A stretch of 64,000 nucleotides of DNA. It comes from Candidatus Latescibacterota bacterium. GTDB taxonomy: Bacteria; Latescibacterota; UBA2968; UBA8231. The stretch lies in the NCBI GenBank assembly GCA_965203175.1, contig OZ241867.1, forward strand, positions 4,832,001-4,896,000, read 5' to 3'. The translations under genes and the position numbers were made by a program. Positions within the stretch are counted from its first letter, which is position 1; each line of letters starts with the position of its first letter. The notes under the pieces were generated by a model. It saw only the letters and a list, made by a program, of their open reading frames with translations. It was not told the DNA's origin and searched no databases. Of this stretch, positions 36,854 through 46,522 are shown in pieces.

Positions 36854-38026
36854 CTAGTCCCCTGGTTGTAACCACCTTTTTACGCGCCCGAATACTGAAT
36901 CGAAGGAATCTTCGACCAGTACCGGCGCTTCTTTTTGGTTTTTCCCCTGTTGTTCCTCCGCTCCGTAGAGGAGCAAGCCCAGCGCCGTAGCATATGGCGG
37001 GCTGGTCCACTCTGCGGCTCCCTCAAATCCGACCGGGACGCCGATGCGCACAGGAATGCCAAAGACCCGTTCGGCCAAGGCATCGACTCCGGCGGTTTGC
37101 GCGCCTCCCCCCGTGAGGACGATGCCTGCCCCTAGCTCGACATCGGGCAACGCGGTATAGACCTGCTTGCGGGCTAGTGCCAATATCTCCTCCATCCGCG
37201 CCGCAACGATGTGACCAACAACCTCGCTAGACGCGGCCGCGCACTTGACCCGCTCGGCCTCGGTCCGCGTGGTGCGCAATCCAACGCCTATATCATTGGT
37301 CACGTTCTGTCCCCCCAACCCGATGACGCCCGAGTGGCGTAACCCTTTGCGAACGAAGACCACCACATCGGTCGTGCCGCCGCCAATGTCGATCAGACAG
37401 ACCCCCATCTGCTGTTCGTCTTCATTGAGGACGGCGTAGCTCGAAGCAAGCGGGCCGAGGACGACACTGCGCACATCAACGCCAGCGCGAAGGATGCTGT
37501 GGCAGATGTTCCGCACTGCGGTGACCGAACTAGTGACCACATGTACACTGGCCTCTAAGCGCACCCCGTACATGCCCACGGGATCGAGAATGCCTCGCTG
37601 GCCATTAACGGCAAATTCTTGGGGCAAAACGTGTAGCACCTCGCGGTCGAACGGCACCTTAACCACGCCAGCCGCAGCGAGAACTCGGGTGCGGTCCAGT
37701 GTTCCGATCCATCCGCCTTCGCCACCGACGGCCACCATGCCCGTGCTGTTGAGGCTGGAGATGTATTCGCCAGCAATACCGGCGTACACCGAGTCGATTT
37801 CGACCCCAGCCATTAACTCGGCTTGGCGCATGGCCTCACCAATGGCGTACATGGTCTTCTCCGCATCTACTATTGCCCCGCGCTGTAACCCCTCTGAGGG
37901 TTGCTGGCCTAGGCCTATAATCCGCAGCGGCCGCTCGTCGACCTGCTCGGCAATGACGACGCAGACCTTGGTCGTACCCAAGTCTAGCCCAGCAATGATG
38001 GTATTGTGCTCCTCGCCCCAGTTCAT
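36854..38026 (-). CDS. ftsA: Cell division protein FtsA (with internal deletion)
   Basis: GLDLGTTK, IDIGGGTTD, VLTGGGA, C-terminal amphipathic VFGRVKRWL. Confidence 0.93.
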   Translation of the reverse strand: MNWGEEHNTIIAGLDLGTTKVCVVIAEQVDERPLRIIGLGQQPSEGLQRGAIVDAEKTMYAIGEAMRQAELMAGVEIDSVYAGIAGEYISSLNSTGMVAVGGEGGWIGTLDRTRVLAAAGVVKVPFDREVLHVLPQEFAVNGQRGILDPVGMYGVRLEASVHVVTSSVTAVRNICHSILRAGVDVRSVVLGPLASSYAVLNEDEQQMGVCLIDIGGGTTDVVVFVRKGLRHSGVIGLGGQNVTNDIGVGLRTTRTEAERVKCAAASSEVVGHIVAARMEEILALARKQVYTALPDVELGAGIVLTGGGAQTAGVDALAERVFGIPVRIGVPVGFEGAAEWTSPPYATALGLLLYGAEEQQGKNQKEAPVLVEDSFDSVFGRVKRWLQPGD

Positions 38027-38850
38027 CCCGATTTGACCTTCTTTTTGCCAACGACCATCTGGCCGGCATAGCGCAAGTCGATATAGGCCGGATCGGAATG
38101 GTTCTGATGGACGCGCGGCATCAGCTTGCGAATGGTGCGAAGCTGACGGGCGACTCCATTTGCGGGCAAGCGCACCTCGAGTCCGTCCCCCGCCAACTGC
38201 AAGCGAATGCCCGTCGCAGCCATCGGCTGGATACTGGCCACATTGAGACAGAATTCCGCATCCGCAGCTACGGCCTCCTCCCACCAGCGCAGTATGGCCA
38301 GCAGCGCGGAATCCGGCACTGCCACGCCCAGCTGCAGCGAGTTGGCGACGACGGATAGCCCGGATATAACGGGCAAATTGCGTGGAGGGGCGACCGGCCG
38401 GTCGCCCGTACTGCCTACGGGAAGCAGGACGCCATCGGGACTAACCCCATAGGTTTGGCCCAAATCGACCCAAGCCACTTGACGGTGCTCGACGATATCG
38501 ACGGCAATGCGATCGGGCGGCTTGCGCACCACGAAGGCCTGTTTGACCCAATACATGGCCTCTAGCCGCTGCACAATCTCGTCTAAGTCGATGGCGAAGA
38601 CGTTGCTACCGGCCATAAGGCCGCTAGCGGCGCGCACGTCCTCCCCATTGAGCCGCCGCAACCCATCCACCTCAATGGCCTTGAGGCCAAATATGGAGAC
38701 CTGGCCGAAGTAGGTGGCTGCCTGATAGGCCGCCAAGGTGCTGCCCGTGGCCAAGATCGAGAGTGCAATCCAAGGCCAACGAGTCTTGGGTCGGCCTTGC
38801 TCCGCCGCAGTTGGCCGCTTCTTGCTCGTCTTGGTCTTCTTGTGGTTCAC
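38023..38850 (-). CDS. ftsQ: Cell division protein FtsQ/DivIB
   Basis: Basic N-terminus, one TM, POTRA, YIDLRY; GTG start overlapping the murC stop. Confidence 0.88.
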   Translation of the reverse strand: MNHKKTKTSKKRPTAAEQGRPKTRWPWIALSILATGSTLAAYQAATYFGQVSIFGLKAIEVDGLRRLNGEDVRAASGLMAGSNVFAIDLDEIVQRLEAMYWVKQAFVVRKPPDRIAVDIVEHRQVAWVDLGQTYGVSPDGVLLPVGSTGDRPVAPPRNLPVISGLSVVANSLQLGVAVPDSALLAILRWWEEAVAADAEFCLNVASIQPMAATGIRLQLAGDGLEVRLPANGVARQLRTIRKLMPRVHQNHSDPAYIDLRYAGQMVVGKKKVKSG

Positions 38851-40241
38851 GAGCGCTCTCCGTCCGCCAAGGCCGCAATTAGTTCCGCAGCCGCCTCGCC
38901 GATATCGCCAGCTCCCATCGCCAACACTAAGTCTCCCCGGCGGCAGATATCCACCAAGTGGGCGACGAGTTGCGCTTTGTCGGGCAGGTACTCCACGGCT
39001 TTGTACCCGCGGGCGCGCAAGGCTTTTGCGATTAGCTCGGAGTCCACGCCCGGCAGGGGATGCTCCCGCGCGGCATAGACTGCGGCCAGCACCACGCAAT
39101 CGGCCGTGGCTAGCACGCGGGCAAAGGCCGTGGCCAAGTCGCGGGTGCGCGAGTACAGATGGGGTTGAAAGACGGCAATAACCCGGCGGCCGCTCTGTCG
39201 CGCAGCAGTCAAGGCCGCGGCCAATTCAGTTGGGTGATGGGCATAGTCATCCACGACTAGCACGCCAGCGAATTCTCCCTTGCACTGAAAGCGTCGGTCC
39301 GCTCCGCCGAACTGCTCCAAGGCGTCGGCGATCGCCGCAAACTCCACCTGTAGCGCGCAGGTCAATGCGGCGGCCCCAGCAGCATTGCGGACATTGTGTA
39401 CTCCGTGGACCTGTAACTCGATTTCGCCCAACTTTTGCCCGTCGAAACACAGGGCAAACCGGCTGCCCCAAGCCCGTTCTTCAAGCTCGGCGATCCGATA
39501 GTCGTTGTCGCCATCCATGCCATAGGTCTGATGGGGGCGCTGCAAGCCGGCCAGCACTCGCTCTCCGACTAATCCATCCCCAGCTAGTACGCTGCGGCCA
39601 CAAAAGGGCAGACGCGCGAGAAATTGGCCGAAGGCCTGCTCGAGGGCCTCCAAGCTCCCATAGTAATCGAGGTGTTCAGCATCTACACTTGTCACGAGGG
39701 CCAAGCTCGGATACAGATGCAAGAAGCCGCCGGCAAACTCGTCGGCCTCCACCACGAAAACCTCGCCGCTTCCCAACTCGGTCTGCGGCCGCCCGTTGAT
39801 CCAGCCCCCAACCAAGACCTGGGGATCGAGGCCAGCGCGACGCAAGATCGCCGCCGCCATCGAAGCAGTCGTCGTCTTGCCATGGGTACCAGCTACGGCG
39901 AGGGTCAACGGCGCGCGGGACAGCTCCCCGAGCACCTCGGCCCGGCTCGCCGTGGGAATGCCCTCTTGCGCGGCGGCCCGCCGTTCGGGATTGTCAGCCG
40001 GCACGGCGGCCGAATATACCACTAGATCCACGCCTTGTACGAACTGGCCATCGTGTCCGACCGCGACGGTGAATCCCTCTTGGCGCAGTAGTGCAACGCT
40101 GCGCGAGTCAGCCTGATCCGATCCGCTTACCACGCAGCCCTTGGCTGCTAGGAGCCGGGCCAAGCCCTCCATGCCCGCTCCGCCGATGCCGACTAGGTGG
40201 ACGCGGCGATATTGGTCCAAGAGCGTCTTCATCGCTGCCAA
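38847..40241 (-). CDS. murC: UDP-N-acetylmuramate--L-alanine ligase
   Basis: GIGGAGM, GTHGKTTT, VEADE, DDYAHHPTE, FQPHLYSRT. Confidence 0.96.
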   Translation of the reverse strand: MAAMKTLLDQYRRVHLVGIGGAGMEGLARLLAAKGCVVSGSDQADSRSVALLRQEGFTVAVGHDGQFVQGVDLVVYSAAVPADNPERRAAAQEGIPTASRAEVLGELSRAPLTLAVAGTHGKTTTASMAAAILRRAGLDPQVLVGGWINGRPQTELGSGEVFVVEADEFAGGFLHLYPSLALVTSVDAEHLDYYGSLEALEQAFGQFLARLPFCGRSVLAGDGLVGERVLAGLQRPHQTYGMDGDNDYRIAELEERAWGSRFALCFDGQKLGEIELQVHGVHNVRNAAGAAALTCALQVEFAAIADALEQFGGADRRFQCKGEFAGVLVVDDYAHHPTELAAALTAARQSGRRVIAVFQPHLYSRTRDLATAFARVLATADCVVLAAVYAAREHPLPGVDSELIAKALRARGYKAVEYLPDKAQLVAHLVDICRRGDLVLAMGAGDIGEAAAELIAALADGERS

Positions 40242-41359
40242 TGCACTAAGCCCTCTTGGTGTTTAGGGGCCATGCGAGCAACCCCCAATAAGATGCCCAC
40301 TCCCGCCATGTTCCCTATCAGTGACGAGCCTCCGTAGCTGACAAAGGGCAGCGGCAAGCCGGTGGTAGGTAATACCCCGACAACTACGCCGATATTCAGC
40401 AGAGCGTACACCGAAATCATTGCCGTAATGCCGACGGCGACCAAAAAGCCATACGCATCACCAGCGTGGGCTCCGATGCGTAGCCCGTAAAACGAGAAAG
40501 CGGCGAAAAGCCCTAGTACGGCCAGTGTACCCACAAGCCCCATTTCCTCGCCAATGACCGAGAAGACAAAATCCGTGTGTGGCTCGGGTAGGTAGTGCTC
40601 TTTTTGCATGCTGTTGCCCAAACCCACCCCCATAAGACCGCCGTTGCCCATGCCCCAGAGCGACTGCTTGAGTTGATAGAAGCCATCCGGATCGCGTTCT
40701 GGATCAATAAAGTTGCTCAAGCGGCGCATCTGATAACTCGAATGCATCAGGGAAAGCCCAATGCCCAACAGCGCGAGCAAGCCGGCCCCGGCCAAGTGGT
40801 GCAAGCGCATTCCGCCGACCCATAGCATGATCAAGGCAATCAGCCCCAGCGCAATAGCCGTCCCCAAGTCGGGCTGTAATAGGATGAGCACGAGAGCGAC
40901 GCCGACGACCAACAAACGGGGGACAAATCCGCGACCAAAGTCGTGTAGCTCGTCGCGCTTGCGCACCAGGACATCCGCCAAGTAGAGCACCAGCGCCAGT
41001 TTGGCGAATTCAGCCGGCTGAAAGGCCACGCCACCGCCCAAGGCCGGAATGCTCAACCAGCGCTGGGCTGCGCCGTGGCCCCATGCCAAGACCAGCAAGA
41101 GCGACAAGAGGGCTAACAACATGATGGGGCGCGAAAGCCGTGCCCACCAATGCAAAGGCAGCCGCGAAAACGCGAACATGAGCACCAAGCCGATGAGGAC
41201 GCGGATGGATTGCTTCTTTAGAAAGAGGCCCGAGTCGCCAAAACTCACGCTCGCCAAGACGGAACTAGAGCTATAGACCATGACCAGCCCCAGACCTACC
41301 AGCATCAGGCAGATCAGCAACACGAACATGCTGTCGCGCTGAACAGCTATCATCCGCAA
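40229..41359 (-). CDS. ftsW: SEDS peptidoglycan polymerase FtsW
   Basis: MVYSSS, FQPAEFAK, QPDLG, LPEPHTDF, PTTG.PLPFVSYGGSS. Confidence 0.95.
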   Translation of the reverse strand: MRMIAVQRDSMFVLLICLMLVGLGLVMVYSSSSVLASVSFGDSGLFLKKQSIRVLIGLVLMFAFSRLPLHWWARLSRPIMLLALLSLLLVLAWGHGAAQRWLSIPALGGGVAFQPAEFAKLALVLYLADVLVRKRDELHDFGRGFVPRLLVVGVALVLILLQPDLGTAIALGLIALIMLWVGGMRLHHLAGAGLLALLGIGLSLMHSSYQMRRLSNFIDPERDPDGFYQLKQSLWGMGNGGLMGVGLGNSMQKEHYLPEPHTDFVFSVIGEEMGLVGTLAVLGLFAAFSFYGLRIGAHAGDAYGFLVAVGITAMISVYALLNIGVVVGVLPTTGLPLPFVSYGGSSLIGNMAGVGILLGVARMAPKHQEGLVHWQR

Positions 41360-41408
41360 GGAACTCTTAGGTTGCTAGGGGATTGAGAATACGCCCGGTG
41401 GGAGCGAG

Positions 41409-42785
41409 CTATCCCAACTGCTGCAGAACGCGCTCGACGACTCGGTCAAAGGCCATGGCCCGAGAGGCCTTGACTAAGACCACATCGCCGTGGCGCAATT
41501 GCGCCGCGGCGAATTCGCCAAGTTGCTCGGGTTGCTCGAAGTGGCGGGCCGCGTCTTGGGCCATGCCAGCCGCGCGAGCTGCAGCCACTAAGTGCGCACT
41601 TTCGCGACCAGCAGCCAGTAGGACATCGGCGCATGCGGCAGCCTGCTCGCCGACAGCCGCGTGCAATGAGCTGCTCTCCGCTCCGAGTTCCAGCATATCG
41701 CCGAGCACGGCGATTTTCCGCGTACCGGGCACGTCGCCGAGGAGGTCGAGTGCGGCCGACATCGAGCCAGGGCTGGCATTGTAGCAATCGTCGATTACTG
41801 CGATCCCATTTTTGCGCGCGATCTCGCCGCGCTGACTCACCGCCTGGAACTCGACGAGGGCACGCTGGATCCCTTCCCAAGGCACGCTGAGGATGCGACC
41901 GACGGCAGCCGCAGCCAAGGCGTTGTATGCGTTATGCCGCCCCGGGATATTGAGATCAATGGGAACATGGTGTAGAAGGAAGTGGCCGCAGCCCTTCTGG
42001 TCGAGTACGAGCCTCTCCCCACGAAACTCGCTCTCACGCGCAAAACCGAAGGTCAGGAGTCTCCCCTTTGTCCTTTTTACCTCCTGAGCCACGACACGGT
42101 CATCGGCGTTGACGAGAGCCGTTAAAGACTCGTCCATATAATCCAGAAGCTCCCCTTTGGCCTTGGCCACTCCTTCTACAGACCCAAAAAATTCTATATG
42201 TGCAGTCCCGATGTTGAGCAAAACCCCAATGGTAGGTTCGGCAACCGAACATAGGTAGCGAATGTCCCCTATCCGCCGCGCTGCCAGTTCCAAGACCACC
42301 GCCTCGTGACTCGGTGACAGTTGCAGCAATGTGCGGGGCACCCCTATCTCGTTGTTCTCGCTGCCGATGGTTTTCAAAACGCGGTACCGCTGCCCCAAGA
42401 CAGCGGCGATCATTTCCTTGGTCGTCGTCTTGCCCGCGCTGCCCACGACGGCCACCACCGGGACCTCCCAGCGCCGCCGATACGCTCGCGCTATATCGCC
42501 TAGTGCTTGTAGCGTCGAGTCAACGGCCAATAGCGGGCCGGGAGCCGCCCGGTCCAACCCTGGCCAACGGCGTTCCACTAAGGCCGCACACGCGCCGCGG
42601 GCAAAGGCGGCCTCGACGAAGTCGTGCCCGTCGAAACGCTCACCCCTTAGCGCGACGAACAGCTCGCCCTCGTCGATGGACCGGCTATCGGTCGCCACCG
42701 CTTGCAGGGCGCAATCCGGCTGGAGACTGCCTACCGGATCGGCAGCCGTCCACTGCACCATCTCGCTCAGGGTCACGGCGCGCAT
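41409..42785 (-). CDS. murF: UDP-MurNAc-tripeptide--D-Ala-D-Ala ligase
   Basis: GSAGKTTTKEM, NNEIG.P, DCYNASP.SM, LGDMLELG, VKASR. Confidence 0.95.
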   Translation of the reverse strand: MRAVTLSEMVQWTAADPVGSLQPDCALQAVATDSRSIDEGELFVALRGERFDGHDFVEAAFARGACAALVERRWPGLDRAAPGPLLAVDSTLQALGDIARAYRRRWEVPVVAVVGSAGKTTTKEMIAAVLGQRYRVLKTIGSENNEIGVPRTLLQLSPSHEAVVLELAARRIGDIRYLCSVAEPTIGVLLNIGTAHIEFFGSVEGVAKAKGELLDYMDESLTALVNADDRVVAQEVKRTKGRLLTFGFARESEFRGERLVLDQKGCGHFLLHHVPIDLNIPGRHNAYNALAAAAVGRILSVPWEGIQRALVEFQAVSQRGEIARKNGIAVIDDCYNASPGSMSAALDLLGDVPGTRKIAVLGDMLELGAESSSLHAAVGEQAAACADVLLAAGRESAHLVAAARAAGMAQDAARHFEQPEQLGEFAAAQLRHGDVVLVKASRAMAFDRVVERVLQQLG

Positions 42786-44257
42786 AGCGGCTGTCCTTCC
42801 CCAGCGCGCAAACCCCGCAGCACGCGCCGCGCAACTTCGCGGTCGTCAAAGGCCACGACGCGGTCGGCCAGTTCCTGCTCCTGTTCGTGCCCCTTGCCGG
42901 CAATGACCACGACATCCCCGCTGTGTGCAGCGGCGAGGGCCATAGCAATCGCTTGTGCGCGGTCTGCCTCGCTGTGAACCTCGCTGCTGTCGGGCATGCC
43001 AGCGGCCATCTCGTCGATGATGCGCTGCGGGTCCTCGCTGCGTGGGTTGTCCGAAGTCAAGACCGTCCAATCGGCCAACTCGCCGGCGACGCGAGCCATC
43101 AGTGGTCGCTTGCCGCGATCTCGATCCCCACCGCAGCCGCAGACGCAAATCAAGTGGCCGCTCCCCAAGTCGCGGGCGGCGTGCAAAACCCTTTCCAGCG
43201 CGTCCGGGGTGTGAGCGTAATCCACGACGACCGCGAAGTCCTGCCCCTCGGCAATTCGCTCGCAGCGGCCTGGGACGCTGTCTAAGGCAGCCAATCCGTG
43301 GCACAGAGCTACAGCATCCAAATCCAAGGCCAATCCGGTAGCCACGACGGCCATAGTATTGTAGTAGTTGAAACGACCAATCAAATGCGTCTGCACCTCA
43401 ATGGAGCCGGCTGGGGTGTCCAAGCACAGGCGCGTTCCCTGCGGGCTAGCGTCTGCACGTTGCAACCGCACCTCGGCCTCTGGGCCGCAGCCGTACGTCA
43501 CGACGCGCGCCTGGGTCCTGCGGGCCAATTCGTCCGCGTGGGTGTCGTCGGCGTTAATCACCGCAATCGCGCCTTCTTGCAGGCATTCGAAAAGCCGGGC
43601 CTTGGCTGCAAAATACGCTTCCCAAGTCCCGTGAAAATCCAAGTGATCGCGCGTCAAATTGGTAAAGACCGCTGCCCGGAAGGGAATGCCTTCTACCCTC
43701 TTCAACGCCAACCCATGGGAAGATACCTCTAGCACGGCCGCTCGCTTGCCAGCATCGACGAGCCGACGCAGTAAGCCGTGTAACTGGATGGCCTCGGGCG
43801 TAGTATTGTCCATCTTCTCCAATTCGCCATCGCACCAAAACCCCAAAGTTCCCAAGTACCCGCACGGCAGGCCGGCGGCTTCGAGGGCACTCCTGAGTAA
43901 GAAAGCAGTAGTGGTCTTGCCGTTGGTGCCGGTGACGCCGACGTTGAGCAGCGCCTGTCCGGGAAAGGCGTAAAAGCGCGCCGCCATTCGGGCCAGCGCA
44001 GCCCGGCAGTCCGCCACCTGCACCCGCGTTACTCCAGTGCAATCGACCTGCTCCTCCACCATCACGGCGCGGGCACCGCGGGCTATGGCATGGTCGACAA
44101 AGCGGTGACGGTCCTGCTCCTGTCCTCCGCGCACGGCCACGAAAAAGTCGCCTTCCTCCACGCAGCGAGAATCACAGCGAATCTGCCCTAGATCAATATC
44201 TAGGTCACCCTCCACGCAGGCATCGGGTAGATCTTCGAGCAGGTACCTCAGTTCCAT
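42773..44257 (-). CDS. murE: UDP-MurNAc-dipeptide--meso-DAP ligase
   Basis: GTNGKTT, EVSSH, NLTRDHLDFH, DYAHTPD, DNPR (DAP-specific), AGKGHE. Confidence 0.96.
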   Translation of the reverse strand: MELRYLLEDLPDACVEGDLDIDLGQIRCDSRCVEEGDFFVAVRGGQEQDRHRFVDHAIARGARAVMVEEQVDCTGVTRVQVADCRAALARMAARFYAFPGQALLNVGVTGTNGKTTTAFLLRSALEAAGLPCGYLGTLGFWCDGELEKMDNTTPEAIQLHGLLRRLVDAGKRAAVLEVSSHGLALKRVEGIPFRAAVFTNLTRDHLDFHGTWEAYFAAKARLFECLQEGAIAVINADDTHADELARRTQARVVTYGCGPEAEVRLQRADASPQGTRLCLDTPAGSIEVQTHLIGRFNYYNTMAVVATGLALDLDAVALCHGLAALDSVPGRCERIAEGQDFAVVVDYAHTPDALERVLHAARDLGSGHLICVCGCGGDRDRGKRPLMARVAGELADWTVLTSDNPRSEDPQRIIDEMAAGMPDSSEVHSEADRAQAIAMALAAAHSGDVVVIAGKGHEQEQELADRVVAFDDREVARRVLRGLRAGEGQPLCAP

Positions 44258-46222
44258 CTAAGTACCCCTCGGATCTTGGGCTGGAATGTTTCCGACAAGG
44301 CGCGCCTGCTGCATTTTCCACGGGCTGCGGGTAACCCTATCGCCCAGCGTACAGTTAATCCGCTCGACGTGACCGGCTCGACCCGGCAAGGGCGATTGAC
44401 TCAGGACCACGGTGCCTGAGCCAGAAAAGACGACTGGCAATCCCCGCATCTGCGCTTGGAAACGGGCTACAGCTTGAGGCATGCCGCGCAGGTCTGGCAC
44501 GGCTGGCTCCTCTTTCTGCGGATGTTTGGCCGCTGGCTCTACCAACAGACCGCCGGGCAGGCTGATGATCCGCTTCATCACCTGCCGAAAGGCCGGGGCT
44601 GCCACGTATCCTCCCCACCCGTTCACACGGGGGTTTTCGACCATAATTACGCACACGTACTGAGGATTATCAGCCGGCAGGAAGCCGACGAATGAGGCAA
44701 TGCTGGCGTTGGGGTCGTACCCGCTGCCATCGGCTAAGGCGCGCTGAGCCGTCCCCGTTTTTCCAGCCACAGCCACGCCCTTGATGTGGGCCTTTTGCCC
44801 AGTGCCGTTTTCCACGACTCTGGTCAGCACCTCACTCAGTGTCATCGCCGTCTGTCGGCTTACGACCCGGCGGATCGGCTGAGGACCGCCGCGAGCTTCG
44901 AGCTGACCGTTCGAGCCAATCGTCCCGGCGATGATCCGCGGTGCCATCAACACACCGCCGTTGGCAATAGCTCCGTACGCCATGGCGAGTTGTAGGGCCG
45001 TCACGCCGATTTCCTGCCCAATGGCGATGGTTGGCAGCGACCGCTTGGACCACAGATTGACCTCCTGTAATAGACCAGACGTTTCCGCCGGCAAGTCAAT
45101 GCCGGTGCGAATGGCAAAGCCAAAGTTGCGGATATGTTCGTAAAAGCGGTGCCTCGACAGCCGCTGTGCCAACTTGATAGTACCGATGTTGCTCGATTTT
45201 TCTAAGACCTGAGTAAAGAGCAAATCGCCGTGGGGCTGGATATCGCGGATGGTGTCCCGATTGGCCAACCTAAACGTCCCCCACCCGCAAAAGATGCGAT
45301 CCTGTAGGCTAGTCAGCCCGTCTTCAAGGACGGCGGCGGCCGTTATAACTTTGAAGGTCGAACCAGGTTCGTACACGTCGGTTATCGCGCGGTTGCGCCT
45401 GAGTTCCGGCGACGAGTGGGAAGCCCTATTGGGATCGAAAAGCGGCAAGTTGGCCACAGCCAGCACCTCACCGCTGCGCGGGGCGATGATGACGCCCAAA
45501 GCTCCTTGGGCCTTTGAGCCGTCGATGGCTCGTTGCAACTCTTCCTCAAGAATACCCTGATAGACCGCGTCGAGGGTCAGCACCAAGTCGCGACCGTGTT
45601 CCGGCTCCTCGCGTCGCTGCTGTCGGCCGGGCAATTGCTTGCCTCGCGCATCGACGTATCCCAATATGGAACCGTTCTTTTCGCGCAGAATGTCGTCAAA
45701 GGCCCGCTCAATCCCCTCGCGGCCGCTGTTGTCGATATTAGTGTGTCCAATGAGTTGACCGGCCAGCGGCCCCAAGGGGTAGTGGCGACGGGTCTCCGGT
45801 TCTTGGAATACTCCGGCGTACGACACCGCGCCCACATCCGCGTCAACTACTTGGCGCGCCAAATAGACAAACGGCTTGTCCCCGCGCAGTTGGCGCTCAA
45901 TAAACTCGGCCCGTTTACCGCTCAAGGACGCAAAGTAGGCAGCTACGCGCTTGGGGTCCTCGATCTGATTGGGATGAGCGTAAAAAGATGTGGCTGGGAC
46001 ATCTACGGCCAAGTTGTTGCCGCGCCGGTCTACGATTCGGCCCCGATTCGCTTTCAATTCAACGCGTCGCTGGTACTGCTCGAGAGCCTCGGCGCTGTAC
46101 GCCTCGTGCCTGAAGATCTGGATTTGAACAAGTCGTACAGACAAACCCAACCACGCTATTGCGCCTATAACCACGACCAAACGCAGCCGATTAATACCCG
46201 TATGTTGTACCCGTGGCCCCAT
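44258..46222 (-). CDS. ftsI: Class B penicillin-binding protein FtsI with PASTA domain
   Basis: EPGSTFK, SSN, KTGTAQ motifs; N-terminal TM. Confidence 0.93.
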   Translation of the reverse strand: MGPRVQHTGINRLRLVVVIGAIAWLGLSVRLVQIQIFRHEAYSAEALEQYQRRVELKANRGRIVDRRGNNLAVDVPATSFYAHPNQIEDPKRVAAYFASLSGKRAEFIERQLRGDKPFVYLARQVVDADVGAVSYAGVFQEPETRRHYPLGPLAGQLIGHTNIDNSGREGIERAFDDILREKNGSILGYVDARGKQLPGRQQRREEPEHGRDLVLTLDAVYQGILEEELQRAIDGSKAQGALGVIIAPRSGEVLAVANLPLFDPNRASHSSPELRRNRAITDVYEPGSTFKVITAAAVLEDGLTSLQDRIFCGWGTFRLANRDTIRDIQPHGDLLFTQVLEKSSNIGTIKLAQRLSRHRFYEHIRNFGFAIRTGIDLPAETSGLLQEVNLWSKRSLPTIAIGQEIGVTALQLAMAYGAIANGGVLMAPRIIAGTIGSNGQLEARGGPQPIRRVVSRQTAMTLSEVLTRVVENGTGQKAHIKGVAVAGKTGTAQRALADGSGYDPNASIASFVGFLPADNPQYVCVIMVENPRVNGWGGYVAAPAFRQVMKRIISLPGGLLVEPAAKHPQKEEPAVPDLRGMPQAVARFQAQMRGLPVVFSGSGTVVLSQSPLPGRAGHVERINCTLGDRVTRSPWKMQQARLVGNIPAQDPRGT

Positions 46223-46521
46223 CAATCGCCTTCCCAATGCGCCAATGCGCCTCCCATGTCATCCACAGCTTGCGAGGGATAGACCATGCCGAGTTGGCCG
46301 AAGGCCACTTTCTCGACAAAGCCGGAGTTTTTTTGTACCAAGATGGCAGCTAATAACCTGGTGCGCGCTCTATCGAGCTCAACTATTTGCGTCTCAGCCG
46401 TAATAATGCCGCCGGCCACTCGGGCCATTTCGACTTTTTGCCAGACGTGGAAGAGGGCCGCCCCGGCTAGCATCCCTATAAGGAGCACGTACTTCGCACA
46501 GGAAATTCCGCTTCTGGTCAT
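46222..46521 (-). CDS. ftsL: FtsL-like cell division protein
   Basis: Lies between rsmH and ftsI; TM + coiled coil + A..QLGMV.P. Confidence 0.75.
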   Translation of the reverse strand: MTRSGISCAKYVLLIGMLAGAALFHVWQKVEMARVAGGIITAETQIVELDRARTRLLAAILVQKNSGFVEKVAFGQLGMVYPSQAVDDMGGALAHWEGD

Positions 46522-46522
46522 A

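Noticed and set aside
41950-42300. AT-richer patch within murF
   Set aside because: The frame and motifs are intact; cannot be told apart from ordinary codon variation without computation.
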